A stretch of 51,857 nucleotides of DNA from a virus (IMGVR_UViG_2925891887_000006:1-51857), one strand, 5' to 3'. Shown: positions 39,381 to 50,924, counted from the first letter of the stretch. The notes: generated by a model not told the origin, from the letters alone. Made by a program: numbers and translations.

Positions 39381-40228
39381 TGGCGGATTCGAATCTCAAT
39401 AAGCCGGTAATCACTCAGGCTACACGGCTCGATACATCAATCCTTCCACGCAATATCTTCTCGCAGTCGTATCTGCTTTACGTTATCGCACAGGGCACTG
39501 ATGTTGGTAACGTGGCTAACAAAGCCAACGAGGCCGGACAGGGCGCTTATGACGCACAAGTCAGGAACGATGAGCAGGATGTGATTCTGGTCGATCACGA
39601 AATTCGACTGGCATCGGCTGAAGCGAAGATACAGGACCACGAAACAAGGATCACTAACGCAGAAGCGGCGATAGTCAACCTTGATTCACGATTAACGACA
39701 GCAGAAAACGATATTGATTATCTGACGGATGAAGTTGCCGCCATTCAAAACACGCTTTCAGACCATGAAACGCGCATTAATGCTCTGGAGTATGCCACTA
39801 CGCGCAAGAAGTCAGAGGTTGTTTACTCTGGCGTATCTGTAACCATCCCGACAGCGCCGACCAACCTTGTTAGCCTGCTGAAAACGCTCACGCCGTCATC
39901 CGGCACGTTGGCACCATTCTTCGACACCGTTAACAACAAGATGGTTGTGTTCAACGAGAACAAAACCCTGTTCTTCAAGCTGTCGATTGTCGGGACGTGG
40001 CCCAGCGGAACCACCAACAGATCAATGCAGCTAACCTTTTCCGGCTCTGTTCCTGACACGTTGGTCAGCAGTCGTAATGCGGCGACAACAACCGACAACA
40101 TCCTGTTAGCTACGTTCTTCAGCGTGGATAAAGACGGCTTTCTTGCCACAAATGGCAGTACGTTAACCATCCAGTCAAATGGTGCGGCGTTTACTGCCAC
40201 AACCATCAAGATAATCGCGGAGCAGTAA
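39380..40228 (+). CDS. Tail needle (P22 gp26-like) with extended C-terminal knob-type domain
   Basis: N-terminal 60 aa match gp26; C-terminal part differs and is longer than P22 gp26. Confidence 0.8.
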   Translation: MADSNLNKPVITQATRLDTSILPRNIFSQSYLLYVIAQGTDVGNVANKANEAGQGAYDAQVRNDEQDVILVDHEIRLASAEAKIQDHETRITNAEAAIVNLDSRLTTAENDIDYLTDEVAAIQNTLSDHETRINALEYATTRKKSEVVYSGVSVTIPTAPTNLVSLLKTLTPSSGTLAPFFDTVNNKMVVFNENKTLFFKLSIVGTWPSGTTNRSMQLTFSGSVPDTLVSSRNAATTTDNILLATFFSVDKDGFLATNGSTLTIQSNGAAFTATTIKIIAEQ

Positions 40229-40683
40229 TGATTCAGTTCAAACCAACGCGAAATATCGACCTGATCGAAGCAGTCGGAAATCACCCTGACATTATTGCCG
40301 GGAGCAACAACGGCGATGGATACGACTACAAGCCTGAATGCCATTACTTTGAGGTGAACGTGCACGGGCAGTTCGGCGGCATTGTTTACTATCAGGAGAT
40401 TCAGCCGCTTACATTAGATTGCCACGCCATGTACCTGCCAGAGATTCGCGGCTTCAGCAAGGAAATCGGGCTGGCGTTCTGGCGATACATTCTGACTAAC
40501 ACCACCGTTCAGTGCGTCACATCGTTCGCTGCACGCAAATTCCGCCACGGTCAGATGTACTGCGCAATGATTGGCCTTAAGCGTGTAGGAACCATCAAGA
40601 AATACTTCAAAGGCGTGGATGACGTGACGTTTTACAGCGCCACACGCGAAGAACTAATCGACTTCCTGAATCACGGGAGATAG
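40228..40683 (+). CDS. Virion assembly protein at the gp14 position
   Basis: 151 aa; call is by synteny between tail needle and ejection proteins. Confidence 0.5.
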   Translation: MIQFKPTRNIDLIEAVGNHPDIIAGSNNGDGYDYKPECHYFEVNVHGQFGGIVYYQEIQPLTLDCHAMYLPEIRGFSKEIGLAFWRYILTNTTVQCVTSFAARKFRHGQMYCAMIGLKRVGTIKKYFKGVDDVTFYSATREELIDFLNHGR

Positions 40684-40685
40684 CC

Positions 40686-41381
40686 ATGTTATATGCATTT
40701 AAGCTGGGCAAAAAACTGCGCGGCGAGGAACCTTGGTGCCCTGAAAAAGGCGGGAAAGGTGGTAGCTCTGATAAAAGCGCAAAGTATGCAGCAGAAGCCC
40801 AGAAGTATGCTGCAGACCTGCAAAATCAGCAGTGGCAGACGATCATGAAAAACCTTGCTCCGTTCACGCCACTCGCTCAGCAGTACGTATCACAATTGCA
40901 GAATCTTTCCTCTCTTCAGGGGCAAGGTCAGGCACTTAACCAGTATTACAACTCTCAGCAGTACAAAGATCTTGCTGGTCAGGCTCGCTATCAGAGTCTG
41001 GCTGCAGCGGAAGCAACAGGTGGATTGGGTTCCACTGCAACCGGTAATCAGTTAGCAACAATCGCACCAACGCTTGGTCAGCAGTGGCTGTCTGGTCAGA
41101 TGAACAACTACCAGAATCTGGCAAATATTGGTCTTGGCGCACTGCAAGGTCAGGCAAACGCCGGGCAGACATATGCCAACAACATGAGTCAGATTTCGCA
41201 GCAAAGTGCGGCTCTTGCCGCTGCTAATGCCAATAAACCATCAGGTCTTCAGACAGCAATTAGCGGCGGAGCTTCAGGGGCTATGACTGGCGCTGCTCTT
41301 GGCTCTATTGTTCCAGGACTTGGCACTGGATTAGGTGCGGCAATTGGCGGCGGACTTGGCCTGCTTGGCTCGTTGTTTTAA
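40686..41381 (+). CDS. Ejection protein (P22 gp7-like)
   Basis: 231 aa; Q/G/A-rich low-complexity composition typical of gp7. Confidence 0.75.
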   Translation: MLYAFKLGKKLRGEEPWCPEKGGKGGSSDKSAKYAAEAQKYAADLQNQQWQTIMKNLAPFTPLAQQYVSQLQNLSSLQGQGQALNQYYNSQQYKDLAGQARYQSLAAAEATGGLGSTATGNQLATIAPTLGQQWLSGQMNNYQNLANIGLGALQGQANAGQTYANNMSQISQQSAALAAANANKPSGLQTAISGGASGAMTGAALGSIVPGLGTGLGAAIGGGLGLLGSLF

Positions 41382-41390
41382 GGGGTAATC

Positions 41391-42722
41391 ATGGCTACTT
41401 GGCAAGGAACAAACGGCGGATTGTTGGCTGGTATCGGCGGCGTCAACTCAAACGCTCCGAGCGTAAATGACATCGGCAATACGCTTCAGCTTATCAGGCA
41501 GAACAATGATATTGAGCGTTCAGGCGCTAACAATGTTGGGCTGACTGCTTTGCAAGGCCTTTCAGGTATTGCAGGGGTGTTTCAGCAGGAAAAGCAGGCT
41601 CAGCGGCAGAAAGAATTTCAGCAGGCGTACGCTAATGCTTATGCGTCTGGTGATCGCAGTGCTTTGCGTCAGTTGGCTACTCAATATCCAGACCAGATTG
41701 AATCCGTTCGTAAAGGCATGGGATTCATTGATGAAGATCAGCGTAATTCTATCGGCACCTTAGCGGCTGGCGCACGCCTTGCGTCATCGTCTCCAGAAGC
41801 AATGCAATCATGGCTGCAAAACAACGCCGGTGAGTTAGCTCGTGTTGGCGTTAATCCTCAGGACGTCGCTCAGATGTACCAACAGAACCCGCGGCAGTTC
41901 GGCGAATTTGTCGATCACCTGGGGATGAACAGTCTCGGACCCGAAAAATACTTTGATCTACAGGATAAAATGCAGGGTCGCCAGGTTACCATGCGCGGTC
42001 AGGATCTGGATTCGCAAACCGCCGCTCGGAATCAGGCAATCACAATGCGCGGGCAAGATATCCAGGCGAATTTAGGTCAGCAGCGCATTAATCTGGACGC
42101 AGAAACAAACCGCATTAACAACGAAAATAAGCGCCTTGACCGGATGCTATCAGCAGAAACTAACGACCTGAAGCGCCAGGAAATACAGAGCCGCATAGCA
42201 GCCAACAACCAGCAGTTGCAGCAGAAGCAGCAAGCGCTAAATGATGGCTACAAAGACGGCATCAACACCCTCACAACCAGCATGTTCACTCTGAACGATA
42301 TCGTTAGTTCTCCTTCACTTAAGAGCATTACAGGCTTACGTGGAGTAATCCCCAACGTTCCAGGCTCACAGGCTGCAGACACTCAGGCACGACTTGATAC
42401 CTTTAAATCCCAAGCATACCTGACAGCGGTTCAGGCCATGCGAGGCATGGGCGCACTTTCTGATGCCGAGGGCAAAAAGCTCGACCAGGCTGTTGGTTCG
42501 CTGCAGAACTCGCAGAGCGAGGAGTCCTTTCGTCGCAACGCTGGCGTCATCCTGAACACGCTCAACCAGAAGCGTAATGAGGCGGTTGGTAAGTACGTTC
42601 AGCAAAACGGTATCAAGCGAGTGGAAGCGCCTCAGGCTTCTATAGATTACCTGAAGCAGCACCCCGAGCTGTCAATCGACTTCATTAATCGCTACGGATA
42701 TCTTCCATCTTTGGGGCAGTAA
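41391..42722 (+). CDS. Ejection protein (P22 gp20-like)
   Basis: 443 aa; synteny and composition. Confidence 0.75.
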   Translation: MATWQGTNGGLLAGIGGVNSNAPSVNDIGNTLQLIRQNNDIERSGANNVGLTALQGLSGIAGVFQQEKQAQRQKEFQQAYANAYASGDRSALRQLATQYPDQIESVRKGMGFIDEDQRNSIGTLAAGARLASSSPEAMQSWLQNNAGELARVGVNPQDVAQMYQQNPRQFGEFVDHLGMNSLGPEKYFDLQDKMQGRQVTMRGQDLDSQTAARNQAITMRGQDIQANLGQQRINLDAETNRINNENKRLDRMLSAETNDLKRQEIQSRIAANNQQLQQKQQALNDGYKDGINTLTTSMFTLNDIVSSPSLKSITGLRGVIPNVPGSQAADTQARLDTFKSQAYLTAVQAMRGMGALSDAEGKKLDQAVGSLQNSQSEESFRRNAGVILNTLNQKRNEAVGKYVQQNGIKRVEAPQASIDYLKQHPELSIDFINRYGYLPSLGQ

Positions 42723-45491
42723 ATGGCTAATTACCGTGATTTGTTAGAGCAGGCTGGCGCACGTTACGGTGTGCCAGAAGGGTTGATGACTGCACTGGGT
42801 GCCAAGGAGTCTTCTTACAACCCTGCCGCAGTAAGCTCCGCCGGGGCTGTAGGATTGACTCAGGTCATGCCTGGGACATGGCGTGATATGGGTTATACCG
42901 ATGAGCAAATGCAAAACCCAGAATATCAGGCTGACGCTGGTGCGCGCTATCTGGCAAAGATGTACCAGCAGTTTGGTAACTGGCGTGACGCTCTTCAGGC
43001 TTATCACGACGGTCCCGGCAACGTTATGAAGGCAAAGCGTGGTGAATATACGCCAGGACCTGAAGGCCGCGGTTACGTTGATGAACGCTTTGCTCAATGG
43101 GCGGGTGACCCGGTGACAGACTCAACAGTCGAACAGCGCGCCACCTCTGCAAAGGTACATCCTCAGCAAGACCCTAACAACCCGTTTGCACAACTGGAAG
43201 CACAGTCATCCGAACAAGTATCGGCATCAGGCGTGCAGTCAGACCCAAATAATCCATTTGCTCAGATTGAGCAGCAGGCAGCCAGTCAGCAGCCACCTCA
43301 ACCCGTAAGTTCTGCCGCACCGAAACCTGTTCAGCAACAAACAGTTAATCAGGCCAATAATGAACCAGCACGTGAAGAACCATCATTGATGCAACAAGCT
43401 GGCGATTGGCTCACAGGTGGTCAAAGTGCAGGGCAAATTGCAGAGCAGGCTGGTCGTGGTCTGGTAAACATACCATTTGACGTATTGCAGGGTGGCGCGA
43501 GTCTGATTAATGCAATCAGTCAGGGGCTTGGTGGGCCAAAAGTATTGGATGATGTCTATCGTCCAGTCGACCGACCGACAGATCCTTACGCGCAAGCTGG
43601 AGAGTCAATAGGCGGTTATCTTGTTCCTGGAGCAGGTGTAACTGGAAACATGGTCATTGGTTCTCTCGCTGACGCGGCGAATCAACGGGGTGATTTTGCC
43701 GAAAATGCCGCTATTAATGCCGGACTTAACATTGCTACGCATGGCCTGATAAATGGCGTTACCCATGGTGTTCGTGGTGCATCAAATATAATTAGTGGCA
43801 ATAAAACATCTGCACAGAGAGCGACCACTGCGGCAACAGAAACATCACCATTCTCCGGTACTGCGCCAACAGAAACATCACCATTCTCCGGTGATGCCGC
43901 TGCAGCAACAAATCCTGCGGTTCATGCCGCAGAGGCAAGAGCAGCACAAGGTGTACCAATGACGCCTGCGACGAGGGACCCAGAGGAGGTCGTCCGCACA
44001 GTAGCAGCACAAAAAAGGCCAAATCTCGCTTCATCGCTTGATGAACTAGATATCAATCCTCAGGCTGAAGTTCTGGAGTCTGCTGAAAGGCTTAATGTTG
44101 ATTCATTACTCCCTTCACACTTTTCCGGGAACGAGCAATACAAGGCAGTTGAGCAAGCAATCAAGTCCCGTGCGGGTTCTGCTCTACGGGTGCAGGAAAA
44201 TGAAGCAATCAGGCAACTAGCACAGGGCGCGGGGGAGATAATTGATCGCGTTTCCGGTGCAAAAGATGCTCTTGGTATGAGCGACAAGTTTATTGATACG
44301 ATCAATGGAAGAATGTCTGCGCTGATGAAACGAAGCGACCAGCTTTATCGCAATGTTGAAAAGGCGATGCCTGCAGGTGCAAAAATTGATGCGCCATCAA
44401 CAAGGTCAATGCTCAAACAGGTGGCAGAAGATCTTGGCGGGATGAAAAACCTTGACCCTATTGAAAAGAGAGTCTTTCGGGCAGTTAATCCAGGCAAGAA
44501 CGGCGCATTAACTTATGCAAATCTCAATAAGCAACGACGACTTGTTGGTGATGCACTTCATAAGAAGTCTGGACCATATAAAGATGCTGATCGCGCTGCT
44601 TTATCGAGGCTTTACGGTTCGCTCGCCGATGATCAAAAGACGGCGCTGTCAGAGACAAATGCATTACGTGATTTTGAAGTTGCTCAGAGGCTTGTTCAGA
44701 TGCGAAAAAGCATGGAAGAGCAAATGATTAATCTAACTGGCAGAACGCTGAACGGTGATGTTTCTCGCAAAGCAACTACAGCACTACAGGCAATGTCGAA
44801 AGGCGATGCCAAAGGATTTCGTGAATTGATGCAAAACACGCCGTCCAGGAAGCTAAGAACCGAGCTACTGGGAACAGGTCTTCGGGATATGCTTTCGAAC
44901 GGAAAACGTGGCGCTGATTTTAATCCTGCAGGGTTTGCTGACTGGTATCAAAACATGTTAGCAAACGGGCAGATGCGCAATCTTGCCCGACATTTACCAA
45001 AAGAGACTATGTCAGGTCTGAACGATGTATATAAGGTCGCAAAGGCTATCAAAGATGCAAAATCTTACGAGATAACTACAGGAAGACTAAACGAGTTCGT
45101 CAAACGGTTTAATCGCGTCACTGCGGCAAATGAATTTGTTGCTAACCATGCCCAACGCATTGGCACTGCGGTTGGTTCAACTGTGTCAGGACCGTTCAGT
45201 GCAGTAGGTGCTGTTGCTGGGTCAGAAATTGGGGCAAAAGTCGCCAGCAAAATCAGGGCGATGGGCGGCGCTGCATCAATGGAATCTGCAGAAAAGCTAA
45301 TTAGCTCACCAGAATTCCAGAAAGCAGCAAGGCTGGCAGTAAAACAAGCACCAGAAAGCATCGTTGATACAACTGTAAGACGCTCTTCTGCTTGGCGCTC
45401 GTTTTACAACTCACTTCCAGAATCAGATAAGAAAACCATATCAAGGCTAGGCATCATGTACTGGATGAACAGTGATGATAACCAGAAGTAA
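42723..45491 (+). CDS. Ejection protein (gp16-like) fused to N-terminal lytic transglycosylase (SLT) domain
   Basis: 922 aa; N-terminal [27 protein letters not shown] is an SLT signature. Confidence 0.8.
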   Translation: MANYRDLLEQAGARYGVPEGLMTALGAKESSYNPAAVSSAGAVGLTQVMPGTWRDMGYTDEQMQNPEYQADAGARYLAKMYQQFGNWRDALQAYHDGPGNVMKAKRGEYTPGPEGRGYVDERFAQWAGDPVTDSTVEQRATSAKVHPQQDPNNPFAQLEAQSSEQVSASGVQSDPNNPFAQIEQQAASQQPPQPVSSAAPKPVQQQTVNQANNEPAREEPSLMQQAGDWLTGGQSAGQIAEQAGRGLVNIPFDVLQGGASLINAISQGLGGPKVLDDVYRPVDRPTDPYAQAGESIGGYLVPGAGVTGNMVIGSLADAANQRGDFAENAAINAGLNIATHGLINGVTHGVRGASNIISGNKTSAQRATTAATETSPFSGTAPTETSPFSGDAAAATNPAVHAAEARAAQGVPMTPATRDPEEVVRTVAAQKRPNLASSLDELDINPQAEVLESAERLNVDSLLPSHFSGNEQYKAVEQAIKSRAGSALRVQENEAIRQLAQGAGEIIDRVSGAKDALGMSDKFIDTINGRMSALMKRSDQLYRNVEKAMPAGAKIDAPSTRSMLKQVAEDLGGMKNLDPIEKRVFRAVNPGKNGALTYANLNKQRRLVGDALHKKSGPYKDADRAALSRLYGSLADDQKTALSETNALRDFEVAQRLVQMRKSMEEQMINLTGRTLNGDVSRKATTALQAMSKGDAKGFRELMQNTPSRKLRTELLGTGLRDMLSNGKRGADFNPAGFADWYQNMLANGQMRNLARHLPKETMSGLNDVYKVAKAIKDAKSYEITTGRLNEFVKRFNRVTAANEFVANHAQRIGTAVGSTVSGPFSAVGAVAGSEIGAKVASKIRAMGGAASMESAEKLISSPEFQKAARLAVKQAPESIVDTTVRRSSAWRSFYNSLPESDKKTISRLGIMYWMNSDDNQK

Positions 45492-45673
45492 CGGAAAGCC
45501 ACGGATGGTTAGCTGCTGTCTTTTTTATATAGCTCTTTGAGCGTATCAAAGACAATTTTCTTAACCATATCAGATTGTTGGTCTGCAATACGCGATGCTA
45601 TTGGTAGCGATGAATTCAATCGCTTGTCGAGAGCTGGTATTGTCGCCTCGTTAAGCGGTATGAATGAATAGCT

Positions 45674-46057
45674 TTATCTAATGTTGCTGCTACTGTTGCA
45701 TGTGACGGTGTTTCCAAATCCTGAATTGCAGTTTGTATATGTGTCAACGCGCGTTGGGTAAGGTTGAGTTATAACAGGCTGGCGCGCTTTTTGCTCGATC
45801 GCTTGCATTGTGTTTACAGCCTGATAATTCAATAAAGCCTGCTGGAATGCTTGGCTTTGCGCTATTTGTTGGGCTTGTTCTTGGCTTTGTAATTGAACAT
45901 AAAGATTCTGAAGCTCAAGTCTTGCCTGTGCGTCACTTATCTTGCCTTCATCTACACCTTGCCCGAGCATCTTTGCAGCAAGGACATACAGCTTAGGTGT
46001 TGGTGCTGATGCCATGCGTGAGTCGTTCTTCACACTGGCATCAAGGCAATTAGCCAT
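45674..46057 (-). CDS. Hypothetical Q-rich protein; same frame continues after its TAA into an Mnt-C-terminus-like segment (45509..45673)
   Basis: 127-aa ORF; downstream in-frame 54 codons end ...VKKIVFDTLKELYKK, resembling the C-terminal region of P22 Mnt as recalled. Confidence 0.35.
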   Translation of the reverse strand: MANCLDASVKNDSRMASAPTPKLYVLAAKMLGQGVDEGKISDAQARLELQNLYVQLQSQEQAQQIAQSQAFQQALLNYQAVNTMQAIEQKARQPVITQPYPTRVDTYTNCNSGFGNTVTCNSSSNIR

Positions 46058-46069
46058 ATCGCTAAGCTT

Positions 46070-47017
46070 TTGATAGCGTTGTTCGCAACTTGCTTGATAG
46101 TCACTTACTTTTGCGCATCCAACCAGCAGAAGCTTGGTAAGGTTGCTGATAACGAGACTATTTCAAAACTTCAGTCATATCGTGATGAGCTTGTTCGCAA
46201 TGCTGGCCCTGATGGTCCGGTAAATCTGGATTTGAAGCAATTAAGCGACCTGCGCAGCCAGTTCAGAATGGACGTGAAGGGTGAGCGACCAGTGTTACCA
46301 AACCGTTCCGATGCCGCCATTCAGCGCGTTTACAAGGCAATGACTGACGATATCAATGGTGCCATTGGTCAGAATCTTGGCAACGATACTCTACGTAAAT
46401 ATCAGCAGGCCAATGCCGTCTACGCTGACGAAGCGGCGAAACTAAAGAATACCAGGCTGAAGAATGTTCTCATGAAAGGCGACCTGACGCCGGAAGTTGT
46501 CAACAACATGCTATTCAGCAAGAACAAATCGGAAATTAAGACGCTGTATAACTCAGTTGGTCGTGTTGGCAGGGCGCAAATGCGCAATGGCATCATTGGA
46601 AAGGCGATGGAGAAATCAGGTGGTTCCCCTGACCAGTTCCTTCGACAGCTTAACATCCTGCAAAACCAGACTGGCATCACATTTAAAGGTCAGGATGCTG
46701 CTTATCTGAAAGGATTGAAAAACTACCTGCAATCCACGCAGCAGGCTGCAAAAGCGGCAGTAACAACACCAACAGGGCAGCAAACCATCCCGTTCATTAT
46801 CGGATATGGGACGGCAATGAACCCGGCGACAACTGGTGCAGCAGTAAGCTACGGACTTCTTACTCGCGCCTATGAGAGCGAACTATTCAGAAATGCAATG
46901 CTCCGAATGGCAAATACCCCACGCGGATCAACAGCGTTTGAGAAAGCCATGCAGCAGGCGCAAAAGGCCATTAACGCCCTGACTCAGGGTGCCAAGTCTG
47001 ATGCGTTGTCATGGTAA
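46070..47017 (+). CDS. Partial paralogue of the ejection-protein C-terminal region (possible gene remnant; no ATG start)
   Basis: 315-aa ORF starting at TTG; motif SDAAIQRVYKAMTDD parallels [17 protein letters not shown] in the 922-aa protein. Confidence 0.35.
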   Translation: MIALFATCLIVTYFCASNQQKLGKVADNETISKLQSYRDELVRNAGPDGPVNLDLKQLSDLRSQFRMDVKGERPVLPNRSDAAIQRVYKAMTDDINGAIGQNLGNDTLRKYQQANAVYADEAAKLKNTRLKNVLMKGDLTPEVVNNMLFSKNKSEIKTLYNSVGRVGRAQMRNGIIGKAMEKSGGSPDQFLRQLNILQNQTGITFKGQDAAYLKGLKNYLQSTQQAAKAAVTTPTGQQTIPFIIGYGTAMNPATTGAAVSYGLLTRAYESELFRNAMLRMANTPRGSTAFEKAMQQAQKAINALTQGAKSDALSW

Positions 47018-47208
47018 TGTAGATGTAAATTACAGTTAAAAATTAAATTGCTATGGAGTTGATTGAGCTTTTTGCTTACATTAATGCAAATTTTCTGCAT
47101 TAATGTGTGTTTAATATGAATAGAAGATCATTTTTCAAATCAATAGCGTCATTTGTAGCATTAACTCCATTATCTTCTTTATCAAACATGTCTAATAGGA
47201 TTGCACAC

Positions 47209-49341
47209 ATGACTAATATAACACCAAATGTGGTTATAGGAATGCCTTCGCAACTTTTCACTATGGCGCGTTCTTTTAAAGCCGTAGCCAATGGCAAAAT
47301 TTATATCGGTAAAATTGACACTGACCCGGTAAATCCAGAAAACCAGATCCAGGTTTATGTGGAGAACGAAGATGGCTCTCATGTTCCTGTTTCTCAACCA
47401 ATCATCATTAACGCTGCTGGTTATCCGGTATATAACGGACAGATTGCCAAATTCGTTACCGTGCAAGGCCATTCTATGGCTGTATACGATGCGTATGGAG
47501 CGCAGCAGTTCTATTTTCCTAATGTGCTGAAGTATGATCCTGATCAGTTAAGGCAGGAGCTTTCTGCAAAAAGAGGCTCATCACTAATCACATACACAAA
47601 TCCAAATGGCCCAGGAGTTCCTATGCCTTTGGATGTGCGCGTTGGGCAAACTTATTTTATGTCTGATTATGGTGTATCCCCATCTTCGACGGCAGAAGAG
47701 AATACTGCAAGGATTAACTCGGTATTTTCGTCACTAGGCGGGAAACCTTTCATTACCCAATTTGTTTTTGATTGCAAAGGGGTTGTGCTAATAAACGGTT
47801 CTTTACTGCTAAAAAACAATATGGATATATTGATTCACGTAGGAACAGAGATTAGAAACGTTGCTGGCACAAACAGACCTGTATTTATCAGTGAGTATTG
47901 GTTCAAGACCATATCAAGCCCTTCAGATTTGACTCAAAAATCTGATTATCTCGGGATTCGTGGTGGCGGCATTATAAATTATAACAAATCAGGCACTGCC
48001 CCTGGAGGGCTTAATACCCATGCTGTCTGTATAGCCGGTGTTAAAAGGTTAAAACTTGGTGGTAATTTAAAAGTCGGTGGTGCGTTTAAATACGCGTATC
48101 TCGTTGCGAATATCGATTATTTAGATGCTCAAAACTTGGAGTTTGATAACGGGTCAGATGGGCTTCACCTCCAACCTCCAATTTACCATGCTTATGTGCG
48201 AAATCTACGAGGGCATACTGGCGATGATTTATTTGCAATGACTGGCGGTGATTACAGTTCATATGATTTAGGTACTCGTGGAGACTTCTCGTTTATCGAT
48301 GTTGAGGGGCTATTTAATGACAATACCCTTTGCGCTGTAAAACTTGCTGGCAATGCAGGTGTGGAATTTAAACACGTAACAGTACGCGGCATTCACGGAA
48401 CATGTCAGCATGCTCCGGTAAGAATTTGGGCTGATCATAACCTAACAAAAACAACGGTTAAATACGCAGGATTTGATGATATATCCGCTATTCCTGGAAA
48501 GGGCCATGCACTGTGTGAAATTTACGACCGTGGCCTGGGCGAAGTGTTTGCTGATCAAGTGGTAGTGGAGGGTGTATCTACTAACTTAACTAATATATCC
48601 ACGCCTGTTGTTGACGTTAGGGGGTCTGTTGGTGTCACTGTTTATAACTTAGACATGGATGTGCCAAGAAATTCTAAGTTTGGATTCGCATGTGGTGATG
48701 GATCTGGAAATGATAAATCAAGAATCTTTAACGTTAATATCAAGTCAAAAAATACTTCGTTAAGTGCTGACCAATACAGTTCATTATGTCTGGTTACTCG
48801 TGGCGTTGTGGACAACGTAATTCTCAGCGGAGCGGTGGACCATAAATCGGCGGCGACCCTTGTTCAGCATCGTGGAGGAACCCTGAAGAACATAACCGTT
48901 AATAATATTACATATTCAAACGGTCACGTATTTAGGCAGTTTGTGGCTAATTCTGATAACTCAACTCCTACGCTGCACCTAAATAATCTAATTGGCACAA
49001 ATAGCGGGAAACTTGCTTTATTCCATAAAGGAGGTGTAGTTTCAGCAAATAATGTTACACTGCTATCAACAAGTGGAAATCCGATAGAGACTACAGAGTC
49101 TGGGATTGTGGATATTTATGGTTCTATTAACTACGGGAATTCTCTAATACCATCAACTAAAGAGGATGGATTTTATTACAGAGCTTATGGATTTGGCCTA
49201 GCAGTTGATGCTTCAAATCTCCAAAGATACGGTGTTCAGTTTTGCAAAAATTCAAATCCTTCATTTTCAACAGGAGTTGGGTTAATAGCTTTTGCTGAAG
49301 GTACAGGATGGAAGAATATAGTAACAGGAAATTTGGGATAG
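47209..49341 (+). CDS. Tailspike protein with P22-like head-binding domain and divergent receptor-binding domain
   Basis: From MTNITPNVV: [34 protein letters not shown] matches the P22 gp9 N-terminal domain; remainder AT-rich and divergent. Confidence 0.85.
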   Translation: MTNITPNVVIGMPSQLFTMARSFKAVANGKIYIGKIDTDPVNPENQIQVYVENEDGSHVPVSQPIIINAAGYPVYNGQIAKFVTVQGHSMAVYDAYGAQQFYFPNVLKYDPDQLRQELSAKRGSSLITYTNPNGPGVPMPLDVRVGQTYFMSDYGVSPSSTAEENTARINSVFSSLGGKPFITQFVFDCKGVVLINGSLLLKNNMDILIHVGTEIRNVAGTNRPVFISEYWFKTISSPSDLTQKSDYLGIRGGGIINYNKSGTAPGGLNTHAVCIAGVKRLKLGGNLKVGGAFKYAYLVANIDYLDAQNLEFDNGSDGLHLQPPIYHAYVRNLRGHTGDDLFAMTGGDYSSYDLGTRGDFSFIDVEGLFNDNTLCAVKLAGNAGVEFKHVTVRGIHGTCQHAPVRIWADHNLTKTTVKYAGFDDISAIPGKGHALCEIYDRGLGEVFADQVVVEGVSTNLTNISTPVVDVRGSVGVTVYNLDMDVPRNSKFGFACGDGSGNDKSRIFNVNIKSKNTSLSADQYSSLCLVTRGVVDNVILSGAVDHKSAATLVQHRGGTLKNITVNNITYSNGHVFRQFVANSDNSTPTLHLNNLIGTNSGKLALFHKGGVVSANNVTLLSTSGNPIETTESGIVDIYGSINYGNSLIPSTKEDGFYYRAYGFGLAVDASNLQRYGVQFCKNSNPSFSTGVGLIAFAEGTGWKNIVTGNLG

Positions 49342-49455
49342 ATATTAATTGTGATTCTTAATAATAGTATTTTCTGAAGAAACTTACTTAAATAATCAAG
49401 CACAAAGCCTTGCACTGGTTTGCAAGGCTTTGTGTCATTCGCTAGTTAAGGTTTA

Positions 49456-50613
49456 TCACTCCACCTTTTCATCAAGCCAGTCCGCCCACCACTGCATCAT
49501 TTCTCTGCGCTTATCGAGATACTGAGCATGGTTGTAAATCCCGCGCACAGATCCGCCGTTGGCATGTGCAAGTTGCACTTCAATAGCGTCAGCAGGCCAT
49601 TCGTGCTCGTTCATAATCGTGCTGAATTCATGCCTGAATCCGTGACCGCTTTCCAGACCTTCATAGCCGATTTGTTTGATCACAAGCAATACCGCGTTCT
49701 CGCAGATTGGCTTCTTCTTATCGTTGCGCCCGGCAAAAACAAACTCTGATACTGGTTTAGTGATGGAGCTTAGCGTAGTGAGAAGTTCAACCACCTGGTC
49801 TGACATCGGGACCACATGAATTTTGCGTCCTTTCATCACACTGGCGTCGATGGTGATAATCCTGTTTTCAAAATCGACGTTCTTCCATAGCATGGAACGA
49901 AGCTCTTTCGTTCTTAGGGCAGTGTAGCGTAAAACTTTGGTCGCAATGAGCGATACGATACTTCCTGAAAATGTTGCCAGTGCTTTGTTGAATGCCGGGA
50001 TCTGGTCTGCAGGAAGAAACGGGAAGTTCTTCTTGCGGTATCCCTTCATGGCGTCAGCAAGGTCAGGTGCCGGGTTATATTTAGCCCTACCAGTGACAAT
50101 AGCGTAACGAAAAACCTCGCCGCATCTTCTGCGGGCTTTGTTGGCTCGCTCCATTGCACCGCGATCTTCAAATCTGCGGATTACTTCCAGCAGTTGCATC
50201 GGCTCAATATCCTGAATCTCAAGGCCGCCGATGATGGGTAAAATGTCGTCATCAAACATTTTGGCAAGTTCAGTTGCATAGCCTACTGACCAGACTTGCT
50301 TCTTGTGCTCGTACCATTCCTTGTAAATCGCACTAAAGGAATTGTTGTTAGACGAAGCCTTTTTCGCTTTTACCGGATCGATGCCAACCGAGATGTCTTT
50401 CCTCGCGGTCCATGCTTTATCTCTTGCCTCCTGCAAAGTCATTAGCGGATATTTTCCTACGGTCAGGATTTTCTCCTTACCGTCAATCTTGTAGCGAAGC
50501 TGCCATACCTTTTTCCCTGACACAGGGACATAAAGGTACAGGCCATTACCATCGAGAAGGCGGTATGGTTTTTCTTTCGGCTTTGCTGCTTCAATCTGCT
50601 TAACGGTGAGCAT
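49456..50613 (-). CDS. intS: Tyrosine integrase, IntS type, adjacent to argW
   Basis: Start at MLTVKQIEAAK (internal Met of ORF 49456..50649); matches E. coli IntS as recalled. Confidence 0.85.
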   Translation of the reverse strand: MLTVKQIEAAKPKEKPYRLLDGNGLYLYVPVSGKKVWQLRYKIDGKEKILTVGKYPLMTLQEARDKAWTARKDISVGIDPVKAKKASSNNNSFSAIYKEWYEHKKQVWSVGYATELAKMFDDDILPIIGGLEIQDIEPMQLLEVIRRFEDRGAMERANKARRRCGEVFRYAIVTGRAKYNPAPDLADAMKGYRKKNFPFLPADQIPAFNKALATFSGSIVSLIATKVLRYTALRTKELRSMLWKNVDFENRIITIDASVMKGRKIHVVPMSDQVVELLTTLSSITKPVSEFVFAGRNDKKKPICENAVLLVIKQIGYEGLESGHGFRHEFSTIMNEHEWPADAIEVQLAHANGGSVRGIYNHAQYLDKRREMMQWWADWLDEKVE

Positions 50614-50774
50614 GGGTAAAAATCCGGTGGGTAAAATTATTTTATCCACTTTTTACCCGTCATGGAGTGCGGCTGTCAACGATCTGACGCGAACCATGAC
50701 GAACTGCGAATCTACGGAAGGCTTGATATTCAGGGGATTTTGCGGACTGGTACGGATGAGAGCGAACTGATAAA

Positions 50775-50849
50775 TGGTGTCCCCTGCAGGAATCGAACCT
50801 GCAATTAGCCCTTAGGAGGGGCTCGTTATATCCATTTAACTAAGAGGAC
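50775..50849 (-). tRNA. argW: tRNA-Arg (anticodon CCU)
   Basis: Minus-strand GTCCTCTTAGTTAAATGGATATAACGAGCCCCTCCTAAGGGCTAATTGCAGGTTCGATTCCTGCAGGGGACACCA; cloverleaf with CCU anticodon and encoded CCA. Confidence 0.92.
50777..50789. repeat. att core within the 3' end of argW (GTGTCCCCTGCAG)
   Basis: Identical 13-mer at 10873..10885. Confidence 0.6.
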
Positions 50850-50924
50850 AATGCGGCATGAGTATACCCGCTAATGGACTGCGGGGTAAGTACGCTGCCG
50901 CTCGATTGCTTAAACCCTCGCCAT

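Larger units (their letters stand above)
10873..50789. mobile_element. Complete mosaic P22-like/lambdoid prophage integrated at argW
   Basis: Bounded by 13-bp direct repeats; TorI-type xis at one end, IntS-type int at the tRNA end; full immunity, replication, lysis and P22-type morphogenesis modules. Confidence 0.85.

Noticed and set aside
47107-47208. Twin-arginine (Tat)-like signal MNRRSFFKS...AHM in frame upstream of the tailspike, starting at a GTG
   Set aside because: The P22-homologous tailspike begins at the downstream ATG (MTNITPNVV) with an AGGA RBS. A Tat-exported tailspike makes no sense for cytoplasmic virion assembly. The stretch is AT-rich leader sequence that happens to be open.
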